A stretch of 62,789 nucleotides of DNA, the filler included, from Squatina squatina (Eukaryota), in NCBI GenBank assembly GCA_031763465.1. It is 4 parts of 4 records of this genome, joined end to end, with 100 filler letters (N's around TTAATTAATTAA, not from the genome) between each part and the next. Parts side by side here need not be neighbours in the genome. Positions count along the whole stretch, not along the records: positions 1 to 13,126 come from JARFOE010000162.1; 3 more parts are not named here. One strand, 5' to 3'. The notes under the pieces are model-generated. The model did not search any database. It had not been told where the DNA came from and saw nothing but the letters and a program-made list of their open reading frames with translations. This document shows, one piece after another, positions 1 through 12,106 of the stretch. Each line of letters starts with the position of its first letter. Position 1 is the first letter of the stretch. The position numbers and the translations under genes are program-made.

Positions 1-48
1 ATCAGCGAGGAGTTAGACCATGCCCTCAATGACATGACTTCTTTGTAA
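1..48 (+). CDS. TPM4: Tropomyosin striated-muscle terminal exon 9a (3' part, truncated by the window start)
   Basis: Frame 1 reads ISEELDHALNDMTSL then TAA (46-48), the canonical striated tropomyosin C-terminus. The ..MTSL* ending with an in-exon stop, plus the downstream 9d sequence, best fits non-mammalian TPM4. Paralog assignment is less certain than family. Confidence 0.88.
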   Translation: MSEELDHALNDMTSL

Positions 49-212
49 ATGACCTTTCTCTTTCCCTCCCCGTCCCCCCCCCCCAACTTTGCCTCAGTGC
101 CCTTTTTACGTCTTAATTTTCTGTGGTGTGTTCCTGTTAATTTGCAATTATTTGGCTAATTGCATCAGTGCATCTCCTCTGTCTTCCTTGCTGTTCAACT
201 TCCTTGTGTGAA

Positions 213-308
213 AATAAAGCTGGGACTCTCTTGCTGTCTGTTTCTCCTCTGTCGTCTGTTTTTATTTCTCTGGTATATTATGTTTTTTCTTTTGTCAAAA
301 GTATTAAA
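213..308 (+). terminator. Candidate polyadenylation signals of the exon 9a isoform (AATAAA 213-218, ATTAAA 303-308)
   Basis: Hexamers lie 165-260 nt after the 9a stop; the first is followed by U/GU-rich sequence. Confidence 0.55.
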
Positions 309-679
309 CACCATGCACTAACGTCCAATAGAGTAACTGAGTCAGTGATTAGACTCTGCAGAGGATACCAGTGGGTTCATCAATTGATCACATACAAGAG
401 GCTGTGTCTGGGCTTTAACTGACCTGTGTCGTCCTGTGAATTTACCAATACAAGCAGTAAACTCATTCATTCTGCTGATCGAAGGACGAACCTTCCATTT
501 ATATATCTCTCGAATGTCAATATCATAATTTTTCACACAATTAAAGAAAAGACTTTCATTTCTGTAGCGCCTTTCACANNNNNNNNNNNNNNNNNNNNNN
601 NNNNNNNNNNNNNNNNNNNNNNNNNNNNNNNNNNNNNNNNNNNNNNNNNNNNNNNNNNNNNNNNNNNNNNNNNNNNNNA

Positions 680-885
680 GGTTTCCGTCCCTAAAGGACA
701 TTTGTGAATCCAGTTGTGGATTTTTAATGACAACCCAACAGCTTCATGGTCACTTTTACTGATACCAGCTTTTTACTTCCAGATTCTTTTTTCAACATGG
801 TGGAATTTGAACTTGTGTTCTCTGAATTATTAGTCCAAGATTCTGGCTTACTGGTCCAGTAACATAATCACTATCCTACCGCACC
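680..885 (-). mobile_element. tRNA-derived SINE fragment (family B)
   Basis: Reverse complement of the head seen at 27230 (ggtag..tagtg.ttatgttactggac.agtaa.ccaga..gagttcaaattccacc). Confidence 0.7.
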
Positions 886-2609
886 CATAACGATGATCAA
901 ATTCCGCCTGTCGGTGCCAGGTGATAGAAAGCTGGAAGAGCTGCCCAGTCTTTAATGAGCTAATTGTTAAAACATACTGGGGGAAAAATAATGAGATTTT
1001 CTAGCTAAAATGTCCTGTCTCTGTTAATAATGGGACACAAGGAATGGTAGACACTGGAATATGTAGTCTGTGACAATTCTTCATTCCCAGTAATGTTCCT
1101 CAGCCCTCCCCTCCTGTGCACCAATGTAAAACTTTCCATACCACCCACCTGAGCCTGAATGGCATTGCCAATGTTGTCTGATTAAGGGGTCCTTTGTGCT
1201 GGGGAGAGGGGTTTCAGTGTATTTCTCTGCTGCTATGATCCTTGGGGAAACACTACAGATTCTGCANNNNNNNNNNCCTGCTGAAAATGTATGTTTACGA
1301 TTGCCAGTGAACATACTTAAGTAATAACCCCAAACTATTTCCTGCGGGATACCAGCTCTTCCTGCAGCCAACAGAAAGCTGTTAACCTCTCCAAGCCCAG
1401 ACAAATCCTGATGCAAGCTTTTCTTCCTCTTTCCCCCATTTTAAGTATAGTGCCTGCCAGCCCTTCAATCTCGAAATCTGAACTGGAGACACTTGTGCAA
1501 TCAAACGAACGGGTGATCGGGTCCACATCATTGTCCTGAAGGCAGATAATTTTTGTGTCTGTTGAATTCTAAAGACATTCACTAAAACGTTTTAGTTCAT
1601 GCTTCCCAAGGCTGCCGTGGACTCCCCATCTCCAGGCTGACACTGTACACCGATCAGTGGCTTGGAGGTTCACTTACTTTAGTTATATTCACTTCACCTG
1701 GGATGGTACAGCCCCATGGGTTCTGGAATTAAATGTGGGGGAGGGGAGAAGGTGCCCTGATGGTTACACGTCCATTGAAACTGTAATCCTAAATTGAAAA
1801 GGTGCGGAGACCCACTAGCACTATGAATCTGACTGAGGTTTATATTTAGACTAATGAATAACCAGGACTGAGTTCCAGGCTGTAATTGAATCAAGGTGCA
1901 GATGACATCTCGGGCGTTGGGATCCCAGTGCATGCGCACAATATCTGTAATGTGTGCATGATGCTCCTTGTATGTCAAATGCATCTGAAATGTGGGCGCT
2001 TGGGTTGATGGGAGGACATTTGCTGGTGAGAGTCTGAATGGAATCCTGTCTGTTAAGCAAAGGAATGTCCAACTTGATAATCACATACACATGACTGAGA
2101 CAATGCAGTGGACATGGGTGTTCAGTTGATTGTGCAATGCAGCTAATCTGGGAAGCTCTGTGGAAATGTCCTTGTTCCCCAACATCCCACACCAACCCTC
2201 AATTAGAAAATAACACTGATAATTCAGGACAGCCTTCCAGTTATTGCCATGTTTACTAATTGCTGTCTATTATATTAACTCTTATGGTCCAGTGCAGCCA
2301 CATCATATATGAGGGGTCCTTTTCTAAATCTGGATTTGATTTGAGTCTGGCAAATGTTCTGGCTTCTATCTGAATTAAGATTCCAAGCTTTCAGTTGGCG
2401 TGCAAGTTATTTTGGGATGATCGCTGCTCTTCCTCCCCCATTCCAACTGAAGATCACCACGAATGAGGGGTCTTAAAATAAGGCAGTAGCAGTGGATGCA
2501 TGGAGATTGCTCTCCCTGACTTGTTCTCTGATCTCCCCCCTTCTGCTCCCTGAATTCCACATCTTCCTCCTCTGTTGCTGATCTGTGTGTTTTTTTTTTC
2601 TTTTTATAG

Positions 2610-2692
2610 AACAAGTTACTCGTGCGAAAGAAGAGAACATGGCCATGCACCAGGTCCTCGATCAAACTCTACAGGAACTGCACAACTTATAA
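2610..2692 (+). CDS. TPM4: Tropomyosin non-muscle terminal exon 9d
   Basis: Long T-tract + TAG acceptor (2607-2609); phase-1 exon of 83 nt encoding (E)QVTRAKEENMAMHQVLDQTLQELHNL*, matching the 9d pattern AKEEN..HQ.LDQTL.EL. Not in the ORF track. Confidence 0.9.
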
Positions 2693-5079
2693 AAAAAAAG
2701 AGCCTTAAGGAACACAACTCCCAGCATCCATTGCCAACCGACTGCTCACAATTGAACATTCCATGTTGTCCTCTCCCTCGCTGAGCGAGCATCGACTCAT
2801 TCAGCCCGATTTATCAAAAACCGAATGCGGACCAAAGTTTTTATTTTGTATTTTGTAGAATTTTTATTGCGGTAGTCGGTTCTTTCCTTCCCCTACCCCA
2901 CGCACGCACAGTCTCTCTCCTATTGTTAGAATAAGCACAGCTGTATATGTAAACTCTTTCCTGGTGTGCGAGGCCGGAGCAGCTTCACCACGGGCTCACA
3001 GGTTCGGGGTACGACCTGCCCCAATTTTTTGTTAAATTTTTGAGGTGNNNNNNNNNNNNNNNNNNNNNNNNNNNNNNNNNNNNNNNNNNNNNNNNNNNNN
3101 NNNNNNNNNNNNNNNNNNNNNNNNNNNNNNNNNNNNNNNNNNNNNNNGTTAGCACGGGCTCGATGGGTCGAATGGCCTTCTTCCATGCTGTAACCATTCT
3201 TATTCCATGAACTTGCCATTCTGGCTGTGGATCTTCCACAATGTCGGGGAGATGTGTGCGGGACAGAGCGCTCCGTATCATTTGTCCCACAGCACGAGGT
3301 ACGCGGAGCAAGAAAGAAACCAAAACCCTGGATATGACTCAGTGTCTCACAGGAAACCCAATACACCAACTAATCTCCAGGCTGCCCGTCCCACCATTTG
3401 CAGCAGATACATCAAGACTGGAAAGAGTGTTTCACTTGTATTTTTTTTAACATTTATTTTATGGAAAGAGTTATTTTTAGAATATGAGGACCATTCTTCT
3501 ACGCTTTCAGAAACTGCCAGTCTGAAACGTGTTGCAGAGAATGAAAGAGCTCATTGTCCTGCAATACACTTTCAGTAAAAAGCTGTAAATATTTTCATTA
3601 CAAAGACTGCATTCCTTTCCTTTCTTTATTTAAACTGATGTGAAGTGGCCCCTGACCTTGTTTGTTACACAATATTCAGCCACTTTGCAAAGAAAGCAAG
3701 AATTAAATTGATTCTCTTAAAAAAAACTCTAAATCATGACATGGCTACTGACCAATTGCCAGATACTTTTACTTGATCATGAAGCAATTGAATGTTTTAA
3801 ACAAATAGTATTTAACACTTTTACAAGCATCCGGACACATTCTGTGCCAGGAAACACTGAAATAATTCACTAAAAGTAAAGAATGGTTCAATGAAGCATT
3901 TTTGTCAGTGAGGACACACTGATTCACCCTTCCCCCATTTCAAACGATCCACACGGTGAGCTGCTGATTTCAGTTTCAGTTGTCAGGGGGAGTTGCCAAG
4001 CCAATGGCAGGTACTTTACCTGTGCAATTCTCAGCAGTGAGCACTGGAGGAGAAAACACCTGGAAGCATTTTGACTGCCCCTTTACTCAGTCAGGGAATG
4101 CTCAGAGGCACGTGAGGAGGCTTCGGAAGGAGGAAAAACAGTTTGTGAAAATTGTGGTGAAGGAGGAGGGAGAGAATTAACAAATTTTCTAAATTAATTA
4201 TTAAACAAGAATTTTCAGCAATGGGTAATCTGTTCAAAGAATTGTTACAGGTACCTGTGCAACTCAAGAATCACATTTCGAGGGGCACATTCTCCGTAAG
4301 CTTATTATCCTCCTGTGGTATTAAGGTTCCCGAGATGGGGGAAAATTAAAATGAATAGCCAATGAGAGCAGTACGGCTGGGACTGCCAATTAAGACTGAC
4401 CATATAACTGAGCAAAAGGCATGTTTTTTTAAAGTTCATGTTCTGATCAGTGGTAAATTACAGCCTGGCAATTTTTCAGTAAGATTTAGTGGCAGATAGC
4501 TGTGTACACTGTGATCTCTATTTATCAAGCTGATTTGCTTATGAATGTTGAGATCCCAGCCTGTTGGACAACGACTGAGGGAACCTGAAGATTGCCATTC
4601 AAGATGATTTGCTGGTTTTATGGAGGAGGGAGGAAACCTTTTGAAAGATTTAAGGAATTGAAGAATAGTATAATAAGCTCATTGTGACCTAAAAGCATAA
4701 CATTAGAAACAAGAAAAAATGAAAACCGTCCAAAACATTTTTCAAAACCTTGTTTTGATTGGTCTTGACTTTGTAATCTTCAATTTTTTAAAAGCCGAAC
4801 CATAATCCTCAGCACAATGGTACAATTGGTGACTGCGTATGCAAAGCTCTGAAGATTGTTATGTATTTTAAGGTGCACAGTGTATAATCTCAATTGGTCT
4901 AACAAGGTATTCTCCCTGTGAGGTTACATAATTTTGCTTCCTATGCATTATCATCAAGTTACATTGAGGCTAAAACTCAAACAAGCCAACTGGTCTCCTG
5001 GATTCCCTACTTTGTTGTATTAGTAACTGTCATATACTTATGACATGTAGTTTTCTTCTCCCATGCAAGTGGAAACATC

Positions 5080-5380
5080 TTCCCCATCTCTACCCCTCAG
5101 TCTTTTTTCGAGAGAAAGTGCCTAAGTTGGTTCAATCTTCCTTGATAGTATAAGCTGTCAGTTCTGCTATCATCCATATGGATCTCTTGTACACCTTCTC
5201 CAATGCCTCTATATCCGTTTTATAATATGGATACCAGAACTGTGCACAATACTCCAAGTGTGGTCTAACCAAGGTTCTATACAAGCTGAACATAACTTCT
5301 CAGCCTTTCAATTCTATCCCCTTGGAATTTAACGCCAGTGCTTGGTTTGCCCTTTATGTGGCCTTATTAACTTGCGTCGC
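5080..5380 (-). mobile_element. CR1 LINE 3' RT fragment
   Basis: Minus strand encodes LVRPHLEYCAQFW, typical of the CR1 ORF2 C-terminal region. Confidence 0.8.
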
Positions 5381-5746
5381 TGTCAGCTGTTGTTGTGGCC
5401 ACTACAGTTGAAATGGACTCTGCTGCTTCTGCATGCTTTTCGTATAAAATAATAGAAGCCTTTTCTTTGGGCTTTGTTTAAAACTTTAGTATCTTTCACA
5501 TAACTTTACACTGCTAAGGAAATGCAATTGAGCTGCAAGAAATGCAGAAACATGCAACCTTAAATCTCCACCACCTTAATCAAGGAGAGCACGATGTCAA
5601 ACAAAAAGTGTTTCTCATTTTAAAGTTTCTTTAAAACAAGTTAATGNNNNNNNNNNNNNNNNNNNNNNNNNNNNNNNNNNNNNNNNNNNNNNNNNNNNNN
5701 NNNNNNNNNNNNNNNNNNNNNNNNNNNNNNNNNNNNNNNNNNNNNN

Positions 5747-6820
5747 GAACCCAAAACTGACCCTTGGAGAACACCTCTGCAAACCACCTCCCAGTCTGAA
5801 AAAATCCATCCACCTGTCTCTGAGCCAATTTTGTATCCATACCGTCACTTTCCTCTTAATTCCATGAGCTTCCATCCTCTTAATAAGCTTCCTGTGTCGC
5901 ACTTTGTGGAATGCCTTCCAAAAGCCCATATATACATCTACTGCACTATCCTGATCAACCTTCTCTGTTGCATCATCATATAATTCAATCAATTTAGTCA
6001 GACACTTTTACCATTAACAAATCCATGCTGGATGTCCTTGATTAACTCATGCCTTTCCAAATGAAAATTTATTTTGTCCTTGATAATGGTTTCCAATAGC
6101 TTCCCCACCACTGATGTTAGGCTGACTGGCCTCTGGTTTCCTGCATTTATCCCTCTCCCCTTTCTTGAATAATGGTATAAATTTAGCAACCCTCCAGTCC
6201 ATCAGCACTACTCCTGTATCCAATCAGGATTGAAAGACTGTGACCAATGCCGCTGCTATTTCTACATTTGTTTCTTTCAGCAACCTAGGTTGCAGTCCAT
6301 CTGGACCAGGTGACTTACCAACTTTCAGTAATGCTACTCTTCTTAGTACATCTTCTCTATCTATTATTATCCTGTTCATAACTTCCTTCTCATCTTTTAG
6401 TGTTACTTTCACACCATCCACTTCCTTTGTGAAGACAGATGCAAATTTACTTCATTTCCAGAACCAGATCCAACACTGCTTCCATCTTTGTTGGACGGAT
6501 GACACATTGATCAAGAAAGTTCTCCTGTGCACATATCAGAAATTCTTCTCCTTCCCTACCCTTAGCACTGTTTTCCCCAGTCTATATTGGGGTAATTCAA
6601 GTCTCCTAGTATTACTATTATTTTTGTTACACACCTTTTGAAATTTGCTCGTCTAACTCCTTCTCACTGGGATAGTTTTTTTTTAAAAAGAGCTCCAAAC
6701 AATGTAACAGCTCCCCATTTCTCAAGCCAAATAGATTCAGTCCTAGAATCATTTGGTAAATCCTTTGTATTTAGAACTGTGACATCACCCTTAATACTGC
6801 CACACTTTCTTTCTCTCATT
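5747..6820 (-). mobile_element. Decayed CR1 LINE ORF2 (endonuclease and RT pieces)
   Basis: Frameshifted ORF pieces: KSPGPDGLQPRLLKE, NQRPVSLTSVVGKLLETII, QHGFVNGKS, VDVYMGFWKAFHKV, TESIWLE. Confidence 0.88.
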
Positions 6821-6844
6821 CCTGAATACTTGGTAACCAGGAAT

Positions 6845-7063
6845 ATTATGAACCCATTCTTGGCCAATAAAGTACTATGGAAGCGTAGACACAGTTATGA
6901 GGCAAACGCAGCAGCCAATTTGCATACAGCAAGGCCCTGCAAACCGCAAAAGAGATAAATGAGCAGTTAACCTGTTTTTTGGTGGTGGTGGTTGAGGCAG
7001 GAATACGGCCGGGACTCTGGGAGAACTCCCTGCTCCTCTTGGGATACTGGGATTTTTGGTTTA
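6845..7063 (-). mobile_element. Deu-domain (SacSINE1/AmnSINE-like) SINE fragment
   Basis: Reverse complement of aagaggagcagggagttctcc..cctgctgt.tgcaaattggctgctgcgttt, shared with the copies at 50647 and 60774. Confidence 0.7.
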
Positions 7064-7163
7064 NNNNNNNNNNNNNNNNNNNNNNNNNNNNNNNNNNNNN
7101 NNNNNNNNNNNNNNNNNNNNNNNNNNNNNNNNNNNNNNNNNNNNNNNNNNNNNNNNNNNNNNN

Positions 7164-7520
7164 CGTATCATCGGCAAACTTCACAATGCTGTTACCTCAT
7201 CAGTGAATTCAATCAAGTTAGTCAGACACAATTTGTCTTCAACAAACCCATGCTGGCTCTCCTTGATTAACCCAGGCCTTTCCCAGTGAAAGTTTGTTTT
7301 GTCCCCGATGGTGGTTTCCAATAACTTCTCCACCACTGACGTGAGGCTGACTGGCCTGTAGTTTCCAGGTTCATCCCCTTGCTGTTTCTTGAACAGTGGT
7401 ATAACATTACCAACCCTTCAGTCCTCCAGCACCACCCCTGTATCCAATAAGGATTGAAAGATTTTGCCCAATGGCTCTGCTATTTCTACCTTTGCTTCTT
7501 TCAGCAACCTAGGATGCATC
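7164..7520 (-). mobile_element. CR1 LINE RT fragment
   Basis: KFADDT motif at the gap edge; sequence parallels 5980-6300 (RPVSLTSVV..QHGFV) but is diverged from it. Confidence 0.8.
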
Positions 7521-7779
7521 AAGTGAAGCAGGAGATTCAGATAGCCAAGGGGAATTGTTTGTAGATGGAAACACTTATTTAAAACTCCAGCCCGTTTGAT
7601 ATATTTCTCTGCGTTTTAAGAGGAGGACCTCCATCTCGAAATATGTGTGTCCCTCCTCCCGCTTGCGTCACATGCCCTCNNNNNNNNNNNNNNNNNNNNN
7701 NNNNNNNNNNNNNNNNNNNNNNNNNNNNNNNNNNNNNNNNNNNNNNNNNNNNNNNNNNNNNNNNNNNNNNNNNNNNNNN

Positions 7780-8594
7780 ATGTAGTGGGACCACTACCCT
7801 TCACAACTAACTCCGGGAAAAGGTACATCCTGATGATGGTGGATTGTGCATCCAGATACCCAGACGCAACAGCACTTGCATCAGTGGAAGCAGACATAGT
7901 CGCCATATCCCTGCTCCTAATGTTTACACGGCTCGGGTTTCCAGAAGAGATACTGTCCAATCAGGGTGAGAATTTCATGTCCCAGTTAGTTATGCAGCTG
8001 AGGAAGCAGTGCCAAGACAAGCAACTGCGCAGCACCTCGTACTATCCCCAAGTGAATGAGCTTGTGGAGAAGTTCAATGGGACACTGAAACAAGTGCTGC
8101 GCACCTACGCTGAGCAGAACCCCTGTGACTGGGATGAAAAGCTGCCGTACTTGCTGTTTGCCTGCAGGGAGGTGCCACAGAGCTTGACGGGGTTCTCTCC
8201 CTTTGAGCTTCTATGCGGGCGCCGGGTACATGGGACCTTGTTTCTGATCAAAGAGGCTTGGTCAGGGAAATGCTTTGGCGAGGATAAAAACGTGGTGGAG
8301 CATGTGCTGAACGCGCGGGGTGACTTGATTGCTCTAACCGAGCATATTCAGGATGACCACACGCAAAGTAGCCGGAATCTCTGGTACTGTCATAACTCTG
8401 GGACCCGGGTGTATGAAGTAGGCCAGAGAGTACTGATCCTACTGCCCGTGAAACGACAAAAAGCACAGCTTCATTGGGAAGGCCCATATACTGTGGTGGA
8501 GAAAGGAAAATATATGCATTACTCGGTTGAAGTATCGTTTAATAAATTTCGGAGTTACCACGTTAACATGTTGAAGCCTTACCTCGATTCCTAG
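7780..8594 (+). mobile_element. Gypsy/Ty3 LTR-retrotransposon integrase fragment (Gmr1-like)
   Basis: Open frame (D)VVGPLP..RYILMMVD.ASRYP..GFPEEILSNQGENF..YPQVNELVEKFNGTLK..WDEKLPYLLFACRE.PQS.TGFSPFELL.GR..WEGPY..HVNMLKPY gives an rve core plus GPY/F module. The second catalytic Asp appears as Asn. Confidence 0.9.
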
Positions 8595-9155
8595 GAGATC
8601 ACTGTGGTAGAGTAAAATGTTTGTATTTTTGATCTTCAGTTTGTTTCCTTGTTTTAGAGATTTCTTGGTCCATTGATTTAATTAGAATTATTTCTTTGAT
8701 TAAAAAAAAAAGAGCTAGCATTTGAAGACCCAGAACCAGTAAACAGCACACCTGATCTGAGTGTTCGGGAATGTGCGAATTGCTGATATCCCATCATAGA
8801 CATCCTGTAAATTCACCACTTTTCTTTGTGGGACCTGCCTCCTATTTGGTGGGAAGGCATGAGGTTTTGTCAGAGAAGAACTGAAATCAGTGAGTTTCCA
8901 GAGCAAAGTAGTTGACAGTTAAGGGTTTAACAGCAATGGGGATTTGAAGGAGCCATGGGATCTTTTGCAGCCTGTATCTGAGCAGATTGTCAAGTTCTCA
9001 TCAATAGTCCATATTTGAGGAAGATGATTTAAGCAGGATAACAAGGGCTGAATTTNNNNNNNNNNNNNNNNNNNNNNNNNNNNNNNNNNNNNNNNNNNNN
9101 NNNNNNNNNNNNNNNNNNNNNNNNNNNNNNNNNNNNNNNNNNNNNNNNNNNNNNN

Positions 9156-9455
9156 ATGTTACCCTTGGCTAGGGAGTCTAGAACACGGGATCACACTCTC
9201 TGAGTAAGGGGTTGGCCATGGAGGACTGAGATGAGAAATTCCTTCACTCAGAGGGTGGTGAATCTTAGGAATTCTACCCTAGAGAGCTGTGGATGCTCAG
9301 TCGTTGAGTATATTCAAGACTGAGGTTGATAAATTTTGGGGAATGAAGGGATATGGGGATAGTGTCAAAAGGTGGAGTGGTGGAGTTGAGAAGTTCAGTC
9401 ATGATCTTGTTGAAGGGCCAAATGGCTTACTCCAGCTCCTATTTTTTATGTTCTT
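9156..9455 (+). mobile_element. CR1 LINE 3' end
   Basis: ESRTRDHTL..FTQRVVNL..LP.RAVDAQSLSIFK.E.DKF, followed by a CR1 3' UTR (gggccaaatggcttactccagctcct). Confidence 0.8.
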
Positions 9456-10085
9456 AAGCATGCAGAGGCAATTCAATGGGGAAAATGTACTGGTATATTT
9501 ATTCAAAAGTCTGTATTTGCACAAAATATACTCTAGGGAAATATACCTATTTTACAGTATTATGGTGGTACTTTGTAGACAATTTTAATAGTAAACAACT
9601 TATTATATAATGGTGCACAACACAGTATCTTCGGAAACTTCAAGTGATTGAAACTTCAAATTGATCAGTGTAGTTGCAGTCAGCAGTATTAACAGTTACC
9701 AAATCACTGCCTTGTACTTTGTTTGCAATGCTCTAACGTATGAGGCTTTTAAATACTTCATGTATTTTACCATCCTTCATATGCGTTGGAGCCTGGAATT
9801 ATTTTAAATTTGCTGTGGGTGGCACATGCCAGAAGTGCAGAAAATGTTCACTGAAAAGTTGGCTTCTGCTCTGTTAAAACTATTGCATTATACATTGAAG
9901 CATAATTCAGATACCAAGATTGTTTGCTTGTAAATTATATTGTGCTTATGGCAGCCAATGAAAAACTTGAAAAGTAACTTACATTTTTTATGTATTGAAT
10001 GGTCTGTGGACCATAATTCTGTATGATATGCTTAGTATCAGATATAAACAGCATTAACACAATTTCTAATCTCATTTGTTTTCAG

Positions 10086-10113
10086 GATGCTGAAGATTTA
10101 CTTGAAGAAACAG
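10086..10113 (+). CDS. SAFB: SAFB 28-nt micro-exon
   Basis: tttgttttcag|GAT GCT GAA GAT TTA CTT GAA GAA ACA G|gtatt encodes DAEDLLEET(E). The phase-1 end joins 11608 in frame. Size and position match the short EIEEPSLEPE exon recalled from human SAFB. Confidence 0.72.
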
Positions 10114-11607
10114 GTATTAAAGAAGCCCTCCTTCCATCTATGTGCCCCAGTGCAACTTAATTTTTCTCACTTTAAAAAAAAATCTTGATCACATGNNNNN
10201 NNNNNCAGTGGTTCAGAGCAGCACAGGTACAGGGAGACTGGAAAACTTAGGCATATCCCAGATCTGCTACATTAATCCAATCTGCTACAAAGCTCTAGTG
10301 GCACAACTGACCTGTACATAACTGACAGCATTAGTATCTTCTGCTAGCTTTCCTGAAGGGGAAATTTATATATTTTGAATGGGATCCCATTTCTGTTGAA
10401 GTCTAATTGACAAATTGAACATATTCCACTCAAAGTAAGCCTACACAGTATTTCACAACAGTTTTAGGAGACTTTTATGGCTACTGATGCACTCACTAAT
10501 AAATGTTTGAGTTATGAGGTGTATATTAAGCCTCAGCACCTGATTTCAAATATAACTTGAATTCTGCAAGTTGCACACATGCAGTGAACTGAAGCCTATT
10601 GGAGAGTCTCATCAACCTGTGTAATCCATTGGGATAGTAATATAACTTGTTCTGGCATGTCTTTGTCATCCTAGAGCAGTAATCAATGTGTAAGTGCTCT
10701 TTGCCTGACGGAACTTGTGGTGATTTTGGCCTGGGTGCTCTTTTTGGGGCGAGGGGAGGGAGAATGCAAAGAATCAGTTGTGCTACATAGACATGTATAT
10801 AATTTATATACAAGGCCAGCACATATTACTGCTGTTGCCTTCTTTGCAATCTAATTGGGTTTTCAAACCTTGATCTGGTGATGTGTATGAGNNNNNNNNN
10901 NNNNNNNNNNNNNNNNNNNNNNNNNNNNNNNNNNNNNNNNNNNNNNNNNNNNNNNNNNNNNNNNNNNNNNNNNNNNNNNNNNNNNNNNNNNNNNNNNNNN
11001 NNNNNNNNNNNNNNNNNNNNNNNNNNNNNNNNNNNNNNNNNNNNNNNNNNNNNNNNNNNNNNNNNNNNNCCCAAGAATATTAAAGACTTGATGAACGATC
11101 AACCAACGCAAGTACATTACTTATGTTTTGTTGGACTCTTGCTTCACTTGGAAGAAATGAAGTTAATCAGAAGACTTAGGACTATCAAAAGGAAACATTT
11201 ATTGAGAACACACGGATGCAGTTTGAAAATAATTATTTCTCATCATCTTGAACTGCAAAGGAATTTCTGACCAGCTATTTGCTACTTGGAATTACATGGA
11301 CATGTCATGTTTTCACTTGAACTACTGCTATCTTCCAAAGTTATCGGTTTGCAGCATTGAGGACTCTTACCGATCTGTGGGGTTAATAAAAATATCTATT
11401 GGTAAATTAGTGAAGAAATTACAATGAATTTAATTTTTTTAGGTAGCTGTGTGCTCCCTCAGTTTTCCAATCTCCCTGTGGTTCTAGTGAAAGCTAGGGG
11501 CGGTGTCCTGCATAGTTACACGGCAGGCATGTTAGCTCCGTGAATGTTCTTGCTGTATTTCAGTGGTAATTAAACCTTGTGCCATTCTATTCCCATTGAT
11601 CCCGTAG

Positions 11608-12106
11608 AGAAGGAGAATGTAGCCGAGAGTTCGGGGGAAGCTTGTAGTTCAGTCCCTATCGAGGAGGAGCCCCCTGAAGAGACACAGCTATCTACACAAG
11701 AAATGATCAACATAGAGTCCTACCAGAAAGAAGAAGAAGATGACAACATCTCAGTTACTGTGCAGGCAGAGGATGCATTGACACTAGAACTTGATAATGA
11801 CTTGCTTTTGGACGCACCCAAGAAAGAATCAAAACCACCGGGGACTGACTCCGAGAAGCCCTCCGATCAAGTACCCAGTGGCAATAAAAATGAAACTGAA
11901 ATAAGCACAACAGCAAATATGAGCGAAACAGAAAGTGACCAACAGAAACAAGAGTTAGAAGGGGCAGGCATTGAGAGCGCAGAGAAAGCACAGCAGCCAG
12001 GAACTGAGGAAAGCAAAGAGGAAACAATGAAAACAGAAGATGGTGATTCAAATGAAGCAGCTAAGAAAGAAACCTCGATTATAGAGGGCAGTGATCAGAA
12101 CAAGAG
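11608..12106 (+). CDS. SAFB: Scaffold attachment factor B, large acidic exon upstream of the RRM
   Basis: tag acceptor (11605-11607) and AG|gtttgt donor. EKENVAESSGEACSSVPIEEE aligns with human SAFB [21 protein letters not shown], and KETSIIEGSDQ aligns with KESSTSEGADQ. Confidence 0.85.

Noticed and set aside
400-2600. Tropomyosin exon 9b or 9c between 9a and 9d
   Set aside because: I found no acceptor-flanked frame resembling 9c (..LY.QLE.N..L.NEL), although one could be hidden in a gap.
7164-7520. Assembly duplication of 5980-6300
   Set aside because: The two stretches differ at many positions, so they are separate CR1 copies.
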